64,000 nucleotides of DNA from Tolypothrix carrinoi HA7290-LM1 (GCA_019358935.1 JAHHIK010000030.1:1-64000); one strand, 5' to 3'; counted from the first letter of the stretch, positions 21,401 to 31,064 are shown. The notes: a model not told the origin generated them from the letters alone. A program made the numbers and translations.

Positions 21401-22447
21401 CGCGACGAACAATATTACGCTGTTGGTCAAACCGCTTCCTCACTCGGACTGTTTGCTGGTTCGGTATATAGTGTAGGGCTGGAATATACTGATAATCCTG
21501 ATTTCAAAGCAAGCACTCGCTTTGAATATCGTGATGGCGACGAAGGCAATAATTTAGTTATTTCCGCCGCTGCTGCTGGTAAACTCTCTCCCGCTTTAAC
21601 CGCACTGGTTCGCTTTCAACAAGCAGGTGAAGCAAACGTCTTTCTGCCTTCAAATGCCGGTATCGTCAGCGATGGAGTCAGATTCCAAGAACTCGGCGAC
21701 ACCGCAAACTTTAGATTTGGTTTAGCTTACCGCGACCCCAGCAACGATAAATTTAACGCTTTGCTGAAATATGAGTGGCGGCAAAACTTTGACTCAATTC
21801 AGACAAACCAGTTGATCGGCAGCACTGCTACCGGGCATGTCTTTTCCGCTGAAGCGATTTATGCCCCAAACTGGCGTTGGGAATTTTACGGCAAGTACGC
21901 TTTGCGTAATGGTGTCACTTTCTTAAATGGCGGTAGATACGACGGTACAGTGAATTTGGCGCAGTTGCGAGCAAGTTACAGACTCGGTTATCGCACTGAT
22001 TTGGCAGTAGAAGGACGCTGGATTGGGCAAAACTCCAACAACAACACTGATTACGATGAATTTGGCGTAGCTGTTGAATCGGGGTATTATGTAACACCTG
22101 ATTTGCGGTTAGCTCTGGGCTACAGCTTTGGTAGCGTTGATGCGAATAGTAGCCCTGATGCTACAGGATACAGGTCTGAGGGCGGTTTTTATGTAAATAT
22201 CAGCTTGAAGTTGAACGAACTTTTGGGCGGCTTTGGATTGCAAAAACCCGTACCCAGACAGCAACAAGAGTCAGAAGTGCAACCAGTAGTTAGCAGAAAT
22301 AATAATTCTCAAAGCAAGTTGATTAACCGTCTGCGGCTTTCCTCAGCTCAAAGTTCATCGACTAGTCAGCTGACTAGCCGTCTCAAACAAACTCAACCAC
22401 AAGCAGTTGAGGAAAGCAAAGCTGAGTTAATTAAGCGTCTCAGATAG
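18479..22447 (+). CDS. Large outer-membrane protein: Ig/invasin-like N-domain plus extensive beta-barrel; in-frame STRR insert
   Basis: ATGA overlap with the upstream gene; signal peptide; VQADGRST Ig-like motif; YPVYGDSS and DYEIDYDRG motifs; a long run of amphipathic aromatic-ended strands. Confidence 0.75.
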   Translation: MKTRKNCVYFSKNLGMRQNKVGHQLQSSILRFVLLPKGSVGILPVFLAIAAPFFSSSAYASTLSDRLRLVAETSTAVEEMGDKEDKEDKGDKGDKGDKEDKGDKGDKGDKGEFTSSSPSSPSSPSSPTPPSSPTPPLLPSLISQISQLSPTPGGFPEDPATQFQQNPASPIQQPISPPSQQTPLQAPPTTQEVLPNSTPQTVGDRKARIEITPVGDPRVQADGRSTIKFSGQITDDKGQLITQDVMVTLTTTAGKFVGADQDKDQPGFQVRAIGGEFVATLQSDIKPQQVRIRAGVDKIKTRNRFRQLPPRAIGQPSIPYIGETDTTGESKPFPQQNDTSLFELIGSQPLEAYTQVEFTTYLRPSLVTGIVNLRIGQRGTDYWGSRRDFLAPGESGGTQVDFYSAVFATGKVGDWLFTGAYNSQRPLNQDCEDRNRLFGGIQFCEQQYPVYGDSSTFTSTAPSIDSVYARFERSSSVPGAETDYLMWGDYNTQEFNRSSQLYTATSRQLHGFKANYNFGNLQVTGLYANNIEGFQRDTFVPNGTSGNYFLSKRLIVPGSEIVYVEAEEIQRPGTVRERQQMYRGQDYEIDYDRGTLLFRRPILATELLPNYDGVTLVRRVVVTYQNEGGENSNLYGGRLQYNLSNDLENKTFFAGSYLREDQGDQDFELYGADFLVSLGNSGRIVGEFARSNSDLLTGQEVTGNAYRLEAFGNIGDRISASAYYRGVEPNFANNATFSFSPGQTRYGASLLARVTDTTSFTVGYDLEENYGRSTGRIVDFFDLYDPQPQTRVGDRVSNELRTFRAGILQRLGTADVSLEYVNRSRDDRVSDRFSGDANQLVSRLKLPLTQSLTFKAQNELNLGDSDPLFPNRTTFGLDWKAFTGVTVRLAHQFYDDSELLRGNSFTTLDTIFDRKLAEDTAITGRYSVLSGFNGLQGQGAVGLDQGFRVAPGLKVNVGYQYIFRNIFNATAAGNRDEQYYAVGQTASSLGLFAGSVYSVGLEYTDNPDFKASTRFEYRDGDEGNNLVISAAAAGKLSPALTALVRFQQAGEANVFLPSNAGIVSDGVRFQELGDTANFRFGLAYRDPSNDKFNALLKYEWRQNFDSIQTNQLIGSTATGHVFSAEAIYAPNWRWEFYGKYALRNGVTFLNGGRYDGTVNLAQLRASYRLGYRTDLAVEGRWIGQNSNNNTDYDEFGVAVESGYYVTPDLRLALGYSFGSVDANSSPDATGYRSEGGFYVNISLKLNELLGGFGLQKPVPRQQQESEVQPVVSRNNNSQSKLINRLRLSSAQSSSTSQLTSRLKQTQPQAVEESKAELIKRLR

Positions 22448-22490
22448 CAATGTCATTGCTATAGCCGTATTTGCGAGGTGTACAGGAGTA

Positions 22491-24767
22491 ATGTTCAGTG
22501 TTAAATTTCGTTTATTGTTGCTGATTAGTGGTATGGCTTTGGTTGTGAGTAAAAAATTCTCGCAACAACTATCAACTAACAAATATCAATTAACAATTCT
22601 TTACCTTTTACCTTTTACCTTTTGCCTTTTACCTTCAAAAGTTGCATTTAGTCAAACCCCTACTCCCCCAGCTTTGCGGGTGGTGGTAAACAGTAACTCT
22701 GATGGTAATATTCAAGCTGATTCAGTACTGACATTGCGAGAAGCGATCGCTCTGGTCAATGGTACGCTAACAGTTGAACAACTCAGCAGTAGCGAAAGAG
22801 CTTTAGTCCAACCACAAACCGGCGGGGGTTCGCGCATTGAGTTTAATTTGCCCAATGGCGCAACCACGATTCAGTTGCAGCAACAATTACCCGATTTGTC
22901 AAGTCCGGGATTGGTAATTGATGGTGCGACGCAACCGGGATATGATGCAGCTACTTCAGCTACAGCAGAAATTGCCATCCCGGTGCCGGTAGTGACAATA
23001 ACTCCAGCGACAGATAAAGAAATATTTCGCGGCTTGACTATTGTCGCCGATGGTGTAACTATTCGCGGCTTAAGTATTTATGGTTTTAATGCCAGTCCAA
23101 TTAAGCAGCAGTTGGGCAACTTATTAATTTATGATGGAGTTCCCAAGCCGGTGACGCTGACCACACCGCCTGGAGATATTGTTATTTCTCATCGTTTTCC
23201 GCCTCCCAATACTAAACGACAGCAACCGCCTAACGATGATTTTCCTTTTTATAACCGAGATGTCCCACCCAAGAATGTTGTCATTGAAAACAACTGGTTG
23301 GGACTGACAACTGATGAAAGGGTGCCACCAACGACATCGGCTTTTGGGGTTTATGTTTTCAATTCCCAAGGAACGACAATTCGCAAAAACCGAATTTATT
23401 ATCATGACGGTAGCGCGATTATTACCTCAGTCCGGGGTGAAAATACGGTAGTTCAACAAAATATCATCGTCGGGAATGGCATCGACGGAATGCCCGATGC
23501 CTTGCGGATTGAGGGTGTGGTTACAAAGTCGCAGATTTTAGGTAACTTGATTTGCGCCAACGATGGGGCAGGCGTGTATTTATTTAAACCTCAAGGTAAC
23601 GTGTTATTACAAAATAACAAAATCACTTATAACGGTAGACGATTGCGACGGGCAGCGGTTTATGTGATGGGTAGCAATCATCAAATAATTGGTAACGAGA
23701 TTGACCATCAAACAGGACCTGGGGTAGTAGTGTCAGCGTTTCCTGATACCGAACGCAACATCATCCAAGATAACTTGTTTGCCGCTTTGGAAGGTTTGAG
23801 TATTGACCTCAACACCCAGCGCAATCTTGATGTCAGCGACTTTCAACGCGGAGATGGTCCCAACCCCAAGCGCGATTCAGGCAATCGTCGTCGCGATACA
23901 GGAAATGGAGCGATTAATGCACCAGAATTTACCGCGAGGGCGTTTGTACCCAGTGGTAACGGCGTCACTTTACAAGGGAAAGCTGACCCAGGTTCGCAAG
24001 TAACAATATATCGTTTGGGAGATTATCAAAGAGGAAAACAAGCACTTTATGAACCAGGCTATGGAGCGTTGAGTCAAGTGTTGGCGACAGCGCCTGTAGA
24101 CAGCAAAGGCAATTTTAGCATCACGGCGACAAACTTGCAGACCGGAGAAATGGTGAGTGCGATCGCCACCGATCCCAAATATGGGACATCGGAACCAGCG
24201 ATCGCCGCCGTAATTGGCACTCCTGGGACACCAACCAACCTGACGCCATCTTCTCAACCAACGCCCATACAGCCACCGCAGTGTACTTCAAGACCTGCGC
24301 CACCCCCACCACCAGAACCGCCAGCACCACCACCAGTAACACCACCAGAACCCCTACGGATACGCGTACCGCGTAACGTTCACTTTGCCTTAGATAAATC
24401 TTTCATCAGTCCAGCGAGTGCGTTGGTTTTGGATCGGATAGCGCAGGTGTTGAAGCAATATCCGGTGATTGTCATTGAAATAGTTGGTCACACCGATCCC
24501 CGCGCTAGCGACGCCTATAACGAAGCGTTGGGTAGACGACGGGCATTATCTACGAGAAGTTACTTATTACGGCAAGGTATCGCTCCAGAAAGAATGACCA
24601 TTCGTTCTCAGGGTGAAAGCCAGCGTGTAAGTGAAGGTTCTGGTCGAGTAGATTATGCACGCGATCGCCGTGCGGAAATCATTTTCAGAGACGTTAGAGG
24701 CATCGACATCATTATCGAAGGACAAGAAGAAGACTTACAAATCGAACCACCTAGAGGTAGAAGGTAG
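22491..24767 (+). CDS. Right-handed beta-helix protein with C-terminal OmpA-like peptidoglycan-binding domain
   Basis: VVNS..D...TLREAI, repeated N-x-I beta-helix turns, Pro-rich linker, VHFALDKS, GHTDPRASDAYNEALG.RRA, RRAE. Confidence 0.88.
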   Translation: MFSVKFRLLLLISGMALVVSKKFSQQLSTNKYQLTILYLLPFTFCLLPSKVAFSQTPTPPALRVVVNSNSDGNIQADSVLTLREAIALVNGTLTVEQLSSSERALVQPQTGGGSRIEFNLPNGATTIQLQQQLPDLSSPGLVIDGATQPGYDAATSATAEIAIPVPVVTITPATDKEIFRGLTIVADGVTIRGLSIYGFNASPIKQQLGNLLIYDGVPKPVTLTTPPGDIVISHRFPPPNTKRQQPPNDDFPFYNRDVPPKNVVIENNWLGLTTDERVPPTTSAFGVYVFNSQGTTIRKNRIYYHDGSAIITSVRGENTVVQQNIIVGNGIDGMPDALRIEGVVTKSQILGNLICANDGAGVYLFKPQGNVLLQNNKITYNGRRLRRAAVYVMGSNHQIIGNEIDHQTGPGVVVSAFPDTERNIIQDNLFAALEGLSIDLNTQRNLDVSDFQRGDGPNPKRDSGNRRRDTGNGAINAPEFTARAFVPSGNGVTLQGKADPGSQVTIYRLGDYQRGKQALYEPGYGALSQVLATAPVDSKGNFSITATNLQTGEMVSAIATDPKYGTSEPAIAAVIGTPGTPTNLTPSSQPTPIQPPQCTSRPAPPPPPEPPAPPPVTPPEPLRIRVPRNVHFALDKSFISPASALVLDRIAQVLKQYPVIVIEIVGHTDPRASDAYNEALGRRRALSTRSYLLRQGIAPERMTIRSQGESQRVSEGSGRVDYARDRRAEIIFRDVRGIDIIIEGQEEDLQIEPPRGRR

Positions 24768-24790
24768 CCCAAAAGTATGAAGTATGAAAT

Positions 24791-24855
24791 TACATCATTA
24801 ATTAAGGCGATCGCGCGTCAAGTCTGACGGGGAAAGTTTCTCTGTCAGACTTGAC
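24791..24855 (+). terminator. Hairpin after the ompA-domain gene
   Basis: GTCAAGTCTGAC...GTCAGACTTGAC inverted repeat (about 24816-24855), immediately preceded by a HIP1 site. Confidence 0.55.
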
Positions 24856-24947
24856 ATGAATATCGACAAAACCTGATTTTTTTGCTGATTATACCAGCGA
24901 GGTATGTAGCGATAAATTCTTACTTACGAATTACGCACTCGTTATGG

Positions 24948-25287
24948 AAAAACGAACCACAGAGGCGCAGAGTTCACAGAGGAATGAGGAGGAGAGAGAA
25001 TTTTTGCGTAAGTCCTATTACGCTCAAAAATCAACAACCCCTGCGGCAATAAATGCAACGTCAACTCCTAATATTTTTAGTAAATGTATTTAACTTATTT
25101 TTCTTTAAATGACTCGATGGCAAGACAAAATGACTTTGAGTTTAGGGGAGTAGAGAAATAAAACGTAAAAGACTGAGAAAAAATCTTTACCCCTTTAGGA
25201 ATGAGCGCAAAAACCTCTTAAACTCTCAACTTCTGTGTCCTCTGCGCCCTCTGCGGTTCGTTTTCCTAACCTTTGCGTAAGTCCTAC
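24948..25287. repeat. Two oppositely oriented MITE-like dispersed repeats ending in TGCGTAAGTCCTA
   Basis: AAAACGAACCACAGAGGCGCAGAG and its near reverse complement at ~25235-25265; TAGGAATGAGCGCAAA/TTTGCGTAAGTCCTA ends at ~25197-25286. Confidence 0.6.
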
Positions 25288-25389
25288 CCTTAAACCCTTA
25301 CATCCTCATACCCAACATCTGTTTGAATGTAATCTTCGATCCCCACCTTGATGAAAGCTACCCCTTAAAGTGTTGTTTAGGATCTTGCA

Positions 25390-27954
25390 ATGAAACCTTT
25401 ATTTAAGCGTTTACCAGAAATCACCCACTCTCAGATATTTCAACCTTTAAAACGTACACTTTTGACACTGCTGTTTACAGTGCCGCAAGTTCCCATACAA
25501 TATCCATTGCTAGGAAGCATTTCATCGGGTGGGAAAGCTTTGGCACAAACAACAAGTTGTCCGGCTGGGACATCACCCGCAACCCTAGAGTGGACTCGTA
25601 CCGACAACCTCCAAGAATTTTTAAGTCAAAATTTGAGCGTTGGCGGCATTAATACCACCTTCCGCTTTTCTGAAAGCAGCCCTGGAGTCATCGACCAAGG
25701 GGAAACACGTATTGAAACACAAGTATACGGTGGTATTACCGAACCTAATTTAAGGTTTAATATCGGAGGAAATTCGCTACCTGGACAACCTCGAGATGAT
25801 GCTCCGGTAGCAGTTGGAAGCAGTGCCACACTCACCATCACCTTCTCACAACCAGTCACCCTAGCATCCCCCCTCACTTTTTTAGACATTGACCGAGATG
25901 GTGCGCGAGACCCTGATACAAGAGTCTTCCAAGATAGAGTGACAATTACAGCATTTAATGGAACTACACCAGTTGGTGTCACAGGTACGGCATTAGGTAC
26001 AAATACTAGAGTCACCAATCAAGGTAACAGTGTTCTGGCAGAGGGTATAAACGAGAATGCCGAAATCACTCAAAATGCTGGCAACATTCAAGTCACGCCA
26101 TCTGAGCCAATTACCCAAATTCAAGTTTTATATCAGCCAGGAACAGAATTTGGTGCTCCTGGGCAGGATGAAACTATCGGTCTTGCTAGGATAAATATTT
26201 GTGCGCCTGTTCCTGGCGGCACACTTGGCGATACTGTTTATAATGACACCAACGGCAACAGCACCCAAGACTCAGGCGAAACCGGCATCAGGGGTGTTAC
26301 TGTCAACTTAGCAGGGGCGGGACCTGATGGTCAATTTGGTACGGCTGACGATATCACCCGCACCACTACCACCGATAGTAATGGTAGATACAGCTTCCCT
26401 GGTTTGCCTGCGGGCAGTTACAGAGTTTCCGTCAATAATCCTGCTGGTTTAATACCAACTCAAACTCAACCGAATGCGATCGCTTTAGCTACTGGTCAAA
26501 ATATCGATACAGTTGATTTTGGCTTCACTCAACAGCCACGCGGCAGTATTGGCGATACTGTTTTCAATGACACCAACGCCAACAGTGTCCAAGACCAAGG
26601 CGAACCAGGAATCGGCGGCGTTACCATCAACCTTAGAGATAGTAGCGGTAACATTGTTGCTACCACGACTACTAACAGCAGCGGTAATTACAGTTTCCCC
26701 AATCTGGCACCAGGTAACTACACAGTATCTGTTCCCAACCCACCTGCCGGCTTTAACCCAACTCTCGTGCCGTCACTCATCACCTTACAACCCGGACAAA
26801 ATGTTGATACGGCTGATTTTGGCTTTACTCAGCAGCCACGGGGCTTAATTGGGGATACTGTATTCATTGATACTAACAGCAACAACACTCAAGAACCGGG
26901 CGAACCAGGAATTGGCGGTCTGACTGTCGTTGTCAGAGATAGCAGCGGTAACACAGTTGCCACGACTAACACTGATGCTAACGGCAAATACAGTGTTAAT
27001 GTGCCACCTGGTACTTACACTGTAGCTGTTACCAATGCGCCTCAAGGCTTCACCCCGACTCTCACGCAGCCGAATCCAATCAACGTCAGCAACGGTCAGA
27101 ATATCGATACAGTTGATTTTGGCTTCCAGCGACCACCTGGAGGTTCAATTGGTGATTTTGTCTTTAATGATAGAAATGGCGATCGCACTCCTAACCCAGG
27201 CGAAACCGGAATTCCCAATGCTATTGTGATTCTAAGAGATGCCAGCGGTAGTGAAGTTAATCGCACTACAACTAATAACAACGGTAACTACATCTTCATC
27301 GGCTTGCCATTAGGCAATTACACCGTTGAGGTAACAAGGCTGGGTGGTGGCTTAAACCCAACCACCAACACAACCTTGACAGCTAACCTAACTGAAGCAA
27401 ATCCAGATAACCTCAATATTGACTTCGGTTTCCGTGGTGGTGCTGTAGGTGCGGCAAATACTGCTTTGCGCTTGGTAAAACGAATTACCAACGTCTTTAG
27501 AAATGGTCAGCCTGTCAACGTTGCCAACTTCAACACCTTTGTCGATGACCCCAATGATAATAACGACAATATATTAGACCAAGCCGGACGCCCACCTGCT
27601 GGCGTTAGCCAACTACAAACACCTCTGCAAAGCGGTGATGAAGTAGAGTACACAATTTATTACCTTGCTGAAGGCGATCAAGACTTGCAAAACGTCAGCT
27701 TCTGCGATTTAATTCCACCTGAGACAAGCTATAGTTCCGGGGAAATTTCAGTTAATCGAGCCGGTGCAACTAGTTTGCTAACTAACGCTCAAGATAGCGA
27801 CCAAGGAGCATTTTTCAGTCCCTTACAACCGTTACCTCAGCCCAATCAATGTATAAATCAAACAAATACTAAGGGTGCTGTGATTGTCAATGTGGGTACT
27901 ATTACCCCTGATAGGAACTTCGGTTTCCTTCGTTTCCGCGTCAGAATCGATTAG
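25390..27954 (+). CDS. Secreted adhesin-like protein: N-terminal beta domain, four SdrD-B repeats, C-terminal DUF11
   Basis: Four repeats of G.(I/L)GD.V(F/Y).D.N...GE.GI...DFGF; LRLVKRIT..GDEVEYTIY..CDLIP; C-terminus FGFLRFRVRID. Confidence 0.88.
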   Translation: MKPLFKRLPEITHSQIFQPLKRTLLTLLFTVPQVPIQYPLLGSISSGGKALAQTTSCPAGTSPATLEWTRTDNLQEFLSQNLSVGGINTTFRFSESSPGVIDQGETRIETQVYGGITEPNLRFNIGGNSLPGQPRDDAPVAVGSSATLTITFSQPVTLASPLTFLDIDRDGARDPDTRVFQDRVTITAFNGTTPVGVTGTALGTNTRVTNQGNSVLAEGINENAEITQNAGNIQVTPSEPITQIQVLYQPGTEFGAPGQDETIGLARINICAPVPGGTLGDTVYNDTNGNSTQDSGETGIRGVTVNLAGAGPDGQFGTADDITRTTTTDSNGRYSFPGLPAGSYRVSVNNPAGLIPTQTQPNAIALATGQNIDTVDFGFTQQPRGSIGDTVFNDTNANSVQDQGEPGIGGVTINLRDSSGNIVATTTTNSSGNYSFPNLAPGNYTVSVPNPPAGFNPTLVPSLITLQPGQNVDTADFGFTQQPRGLIGDTVFIDTNSNNTQEPGEPGIGGLTVVVRDSSGNTVATTNTDANGKYSVNVPPGTYTVAVTNAPQGFTPTLTQPNPINVSNGQNIDTVDFGFQRPPGGSIGDFVFNDRNGDRTPNPGETGIPNAIVILRDASGSEVNRTTTNNNGNYIFIGLPLGNYTVEVTRLGGGLNPTTNTTLTANLTEANPDNLNIDFGFRGGAVGAANTALRLVKRITNVFRNGQPVNVANFNTFVDDPNDNNDNILDQAGRPPAGVSQLQTPLQSGDEVEYTIYYLAEGDQDLQNVSFCDLIPPETSYSSGEISVNRAGATSLLTNAQDSDQGAFFSPLQPLPQPNQCINQTNTKGAVIVNVGTITPDRNFGFLRFRVRID

Positions 27955-27977
27955 AACTGGGGATTTACCGATGGTCA

Positions 27978-28008
27978 GAAACCCGACTTCTTTAAGAAGT
28001 CGGGTTTC
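27978..28008. terminator. REP-like hairpin after the cluster
   Basis: AGAAACCCGACTTCT-t-AAGAAGTCGGGTTTCT-type palindrome; related copies at ~3874-3902 and ~31512-31541. Confidence 0.65.
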
Positions 28009-28030
28009 TATGTATGTTGATAAAATTTAA

Positions 28031-28308
28031 TTATGAATGCATCAGTTGTCGTCACCAAAACTAATCGCTTCGTGACCAACGTTAAAGCTTTGGTTATGAA
28101 TGCATCAGTTGTCGTCACGAAAACTAATCGCTTCGTGACCAACGTTAAAGCTTTGGTTATAAATGCATCAGTTGTCGTCACGAAAACTAATCGCTTCGTG
28201 ACCAACGTTAAAGCTTTGGTTATGAATGCATCAGTTGTCGTCACGAAAACTAATCGCAACGTTCATGAACGTTGAAATTGTCGTTATGAACGTTGAAGCT
28301 GTCGTTAT
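28031..28308. repeat. 63-bp tandem repeat (~3.6 copies) built from 21-bp subunits, plus degenerate 21-mers
   Basis: Near-identical units start at 28031, 28094, 28157 and 28220. Confidence 0.93.
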
Positions 28309-28438
28309 TTATAAGGTTCAGAATTCTCAAGAAGTCGAACTTATTTAGGTAGTTTCGATTCTTATCTGTCTTTTGATGGTAGCGTGAAGCAAATATTAGA
28401 ATTAAGCTGCTAAAAGCTTGTATCTATTTCAGCGCCCG

Positions 28439-29483
28439 ATGCCAGTTAAGCGACAAGTGACTGAGCAAACCTTAACTCCAAATGATTCATCAATGCCTGA
28501 TGAACGCATCGAAATTTCTCAATTTTATAACGTTGTTCCTCAAGAACTTGCAGTTGAGTCTTTGCCCAGTCACTTGATTGTAATCCATACTACGCCTCAG
28601 CCAGTACAAGTTGTAGAGCGTGACGATCGCCTGAAAATCAAAGAACTGGCAAAACCCGGAGATGTCAAAAGAGGCAGGGGAGCAGGGAGCTCTTAGCAGG
28701 GGGGGGGAGAGGCGCTCGACGTCCCGTGGTACTCCGCCCCAGCCAAGCGGACAAAGAAGGACGGGGCTTCATACCCATGTTCCGCTTCGCTCCACTTCGT
28801 TGGGGTTGGGCTTGCTCAAGAGCTGCTTTGAGCCCCCTTCCCCTCTGCCTATAAAGGTGAATATTCTCTGTGCCAGCAGTATGGCTTATTGCCAGTGGAA
28901 AGAGGCAATTTCTTTTATTCAATTAACTGTGCCACCTGCGTTCATCGATCGCGTTGCTACACAAACCGATAATAATTCCCGCGCAACTTACGAACTAATT
29001 AATACCTGGCACACTCACGACGCGAAAATTCTCCAAATTAGTCAGTGGCTTTTAGACGAACAGCACAGCGGTGGGGGACGACTGGATACACTTCGAGACA
29101 GTCAAAATCCAGCTTTCCAGAAAATTACAGAGCGAAACTGGCAAATTATCGCCGAATTGGAAACTGTAGCAAAAGAACTTGATCGGAGTATGGCTCAAGT
29201 CGCGCTGAATTGGACAGCAAACCAACCTGGTATTGGCTCAGTAATTATTGGAGCGACAAAGCAAGCGCAACTGGAAGATAATCTTAAAGCATTGGATTTT
29301 CAGATTTCTGGTGAATTAAGCGATCGCCTCCAAACAGTCAGCCGTCCTAAATCTCAATTTCCCTACAGTTACTTCGAGTCAGAGATTCAAGGCATGATTC
29401 ATGGTGGTAAGCCAGTTGGCTTGAAACCAACAGGATACTATCCCAATATTTTCATCGAATCTGCGGGTGCTGGAGTGTCCTAA
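28439..29483 (+). pseudogene. AraC-family N-terminal fragment (interrupted by a 193-bp insert) fused by deletion to an aldo/keto reductase C-terminus
   Basis: KPGDV|NILCAS rejoins in frame when 28667-28859 is removed. After QWLLDEQHSGG the frame switches to AKR motifs (SMAQVALNW, IIGATKQAQLEDNL). The HTH and the AKR N-terminus are absent. Confidence 0.72.
28667..28859. mobile_element. 193-bp GC-rich MITE/REP-like insertion
   Basis: Imperfect terminal IRs AGGCAG.../...CTGCCT; GTCAA/GTGAA flanks; frameshifts the host ORF. Confidence 0.6.
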
Positions 29484-29603
29484 AACATATTAATTTAAGC
29501 AAAAATAACCGAAAAAGCATTTGCTAGCAAGCACAGATGATGACAGACAATATCCGCCAACAAAATCGCTCTTGTGTTGAAGAATTTTTTACAAGAACTG
29601 GAT

Positions 29604-31064
29604 GGGAGCGTGAAAGCCCCGGAAGAGCAGGAACGTAGTTCCGTATTCTACAGCGTAGGACCGGGGATGAAACGGGACTCGGTAGGCTTTAGCCTACTGT
29701 GAATATTGTACAAAATTTCCAAACGCCCCCGGATACCTTACGCCAAAGATGGTAGTATAAGGTAGGAGGTAAAAACGATGCTTGTTTTTGAGTTTAAAGC
29801 TTATGGGAAGTCAGCCCAAATGGCAGCGGTAAATGACGCAATCCGTACTGCTAAGTTCATCCGCAATAGTTGCATTCGCCTATGGATGAATGTTAAAGGC
29901 ACGGGTAAAAATGATTTGCAGAAATATTGCGCTGTGTTGGCAGCTAATTTCCCATTCGCTTCGGAACTCAATTCAATGGCTAGACAAGCCAGCGCAGAAA
30001 GAGCATGGTCTTCTATTTCTAGATTTTACGACAACTGTAAAAAAGGTATTGTTGGGAAGAAAGGTTTTCCCCAATTCCAAAAAGATTGTCGCTCTGTTGA
30101 GTACAAAACATCAGGATGGAAGCTTGCGGACGACCGTAAATTCATAACTTTCACAGATAAAAAAGGTATTGGACGGTTAAAACTAAAAGGTACTCGTGAC
30201 TTGCACTTCTACCAAATTAATCAAATTAAGCGGATTAGATTGGTAAAACGCGCAGACGGCGTGTATGTTCAATTTTGCGTTGATGTAACTCGATCTGAAG
30301 ACATAGAATCTACTGGTAATACAATTGGTTTGGATGTTGGGCTGAAAGAATACTACACCGATTCTAATGGTGTAATGATTGAGAATCCTAAATTCTTGCG
30401 TAAAGGGGAAAAAGTTCTCAAGCGTTCTCAACGTCGAGTATCTAAAAAGGTAAAAGGTTCAAAAAATAGAGGCAAAGCTAGGCAGGTTTTGGGTAAGCGC
30501 CACCTCAAAATAAGTAGGCAACGTAAAGACCATGCCGTGAAGTTGGCACGGTGCGTAGTTCAGTCTAACGACTTGATAGCCTACGAAGATTTGAGGATTA
30601 AAAATATGGCGAAAAATCATTGTTTAGCCAAGTCTATAAATGACGCATCTTGGTATCAGTTTCGTGTCTGGGTTGAGTACTTTGGGAAAGTATTTAAACG
30701 AGTCACGGTTGCAGTTAATCCGCAATATACGAGCCAAGAATGTTCTAGCTGCGGTGAAGTTGTTAAGAAAACACTATCTACAAGGACGCACGCCTGTAAA
30801 TGTGGGTGTGTGCTGGATAGGGACGAGAACGCTGCTAGAAATATCCTTAGTCGAGGATTGGGTACGGTAGGGCATACCGGAACCTTTGCACTAGATGCAA
30901 GCAACACTTGGGGAGATGAAACCTCTACTCTAGTTGGTGAGGCAGCGCGGTCTTGGGGGTCTCCCCCATGAGCGACTGCCGAACCCGTAAGGGTGCAAAC
31001 CTGCTTGAGCAAGTTATGTCGTAAGAACCAAGAATCCCCGCGCATTTATGCCGGGGAGTGTCAA
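29604..31064 (+). mobile_element. IS200/IS605-family (IS1341-type, tnpB-only) element
   Basis: Left-end hairpin GAAAGCCCCGG...CCGGGGATGAA; right end GAATCCCCG..CGGGGAGTGTCAA ending in TCAA at 31064; no tnpA. Left boundary is approximate. Confidence 0.85.
29778..30971 (+). CDS. tnpB: RNA-guided endonuclease TnpB
   Basis: RuvC-I GLDVG, RuvC-II AYEDL, Zn ribbon CSSC/CKCG, RuvC-III DRDENAA; AGGAGG RBS. Confidence 0.93.
   Translation: MLVFEFKAYGKSAQMAAVNDAIRTAKFIRNSCIRLWMNVKGTGKNDLQKYCAVLAANFPFASELNSMARQASAERAWSSISRFYDNCKKGIVGKKGFPQFQKDCRSVEYKTSGWKLADDRKFITFTDKKGIGRLKLKGTRDLHFYQINQIKRIRLVKRADGVYVQFCVDVTRSEDIESTGNTIGLDVGLKEYYTDSNGVMIENPKFLRKGEKVLKRSQRRVSKKVKGSKNRGKARQVLGKRHLKISRQRKDHAVKLARCVVQSNDLIAYEDLRIKNMAKNHCLAKSINDASWYQFRVWVEYFGKVFKRVTVAVNPQYTSQECSSCGEVVKKTLSTRTHACKCGCVLDRDENAARNILSRGLGTVGHTGTFALDASNTWGDETSTLVGEAARSWGSPP

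Noticed and set aside
28031..28308. 63-bp array as a CRISPR array
   Set aside because: Units are contiguous and near-identical with no unique spacers, and no cas genes are present.
29778..30971. TnpB as a Cas12f CRISPR effector
   Set aside because: It has IS200/IS605-type ends on both sides and no array nearby.
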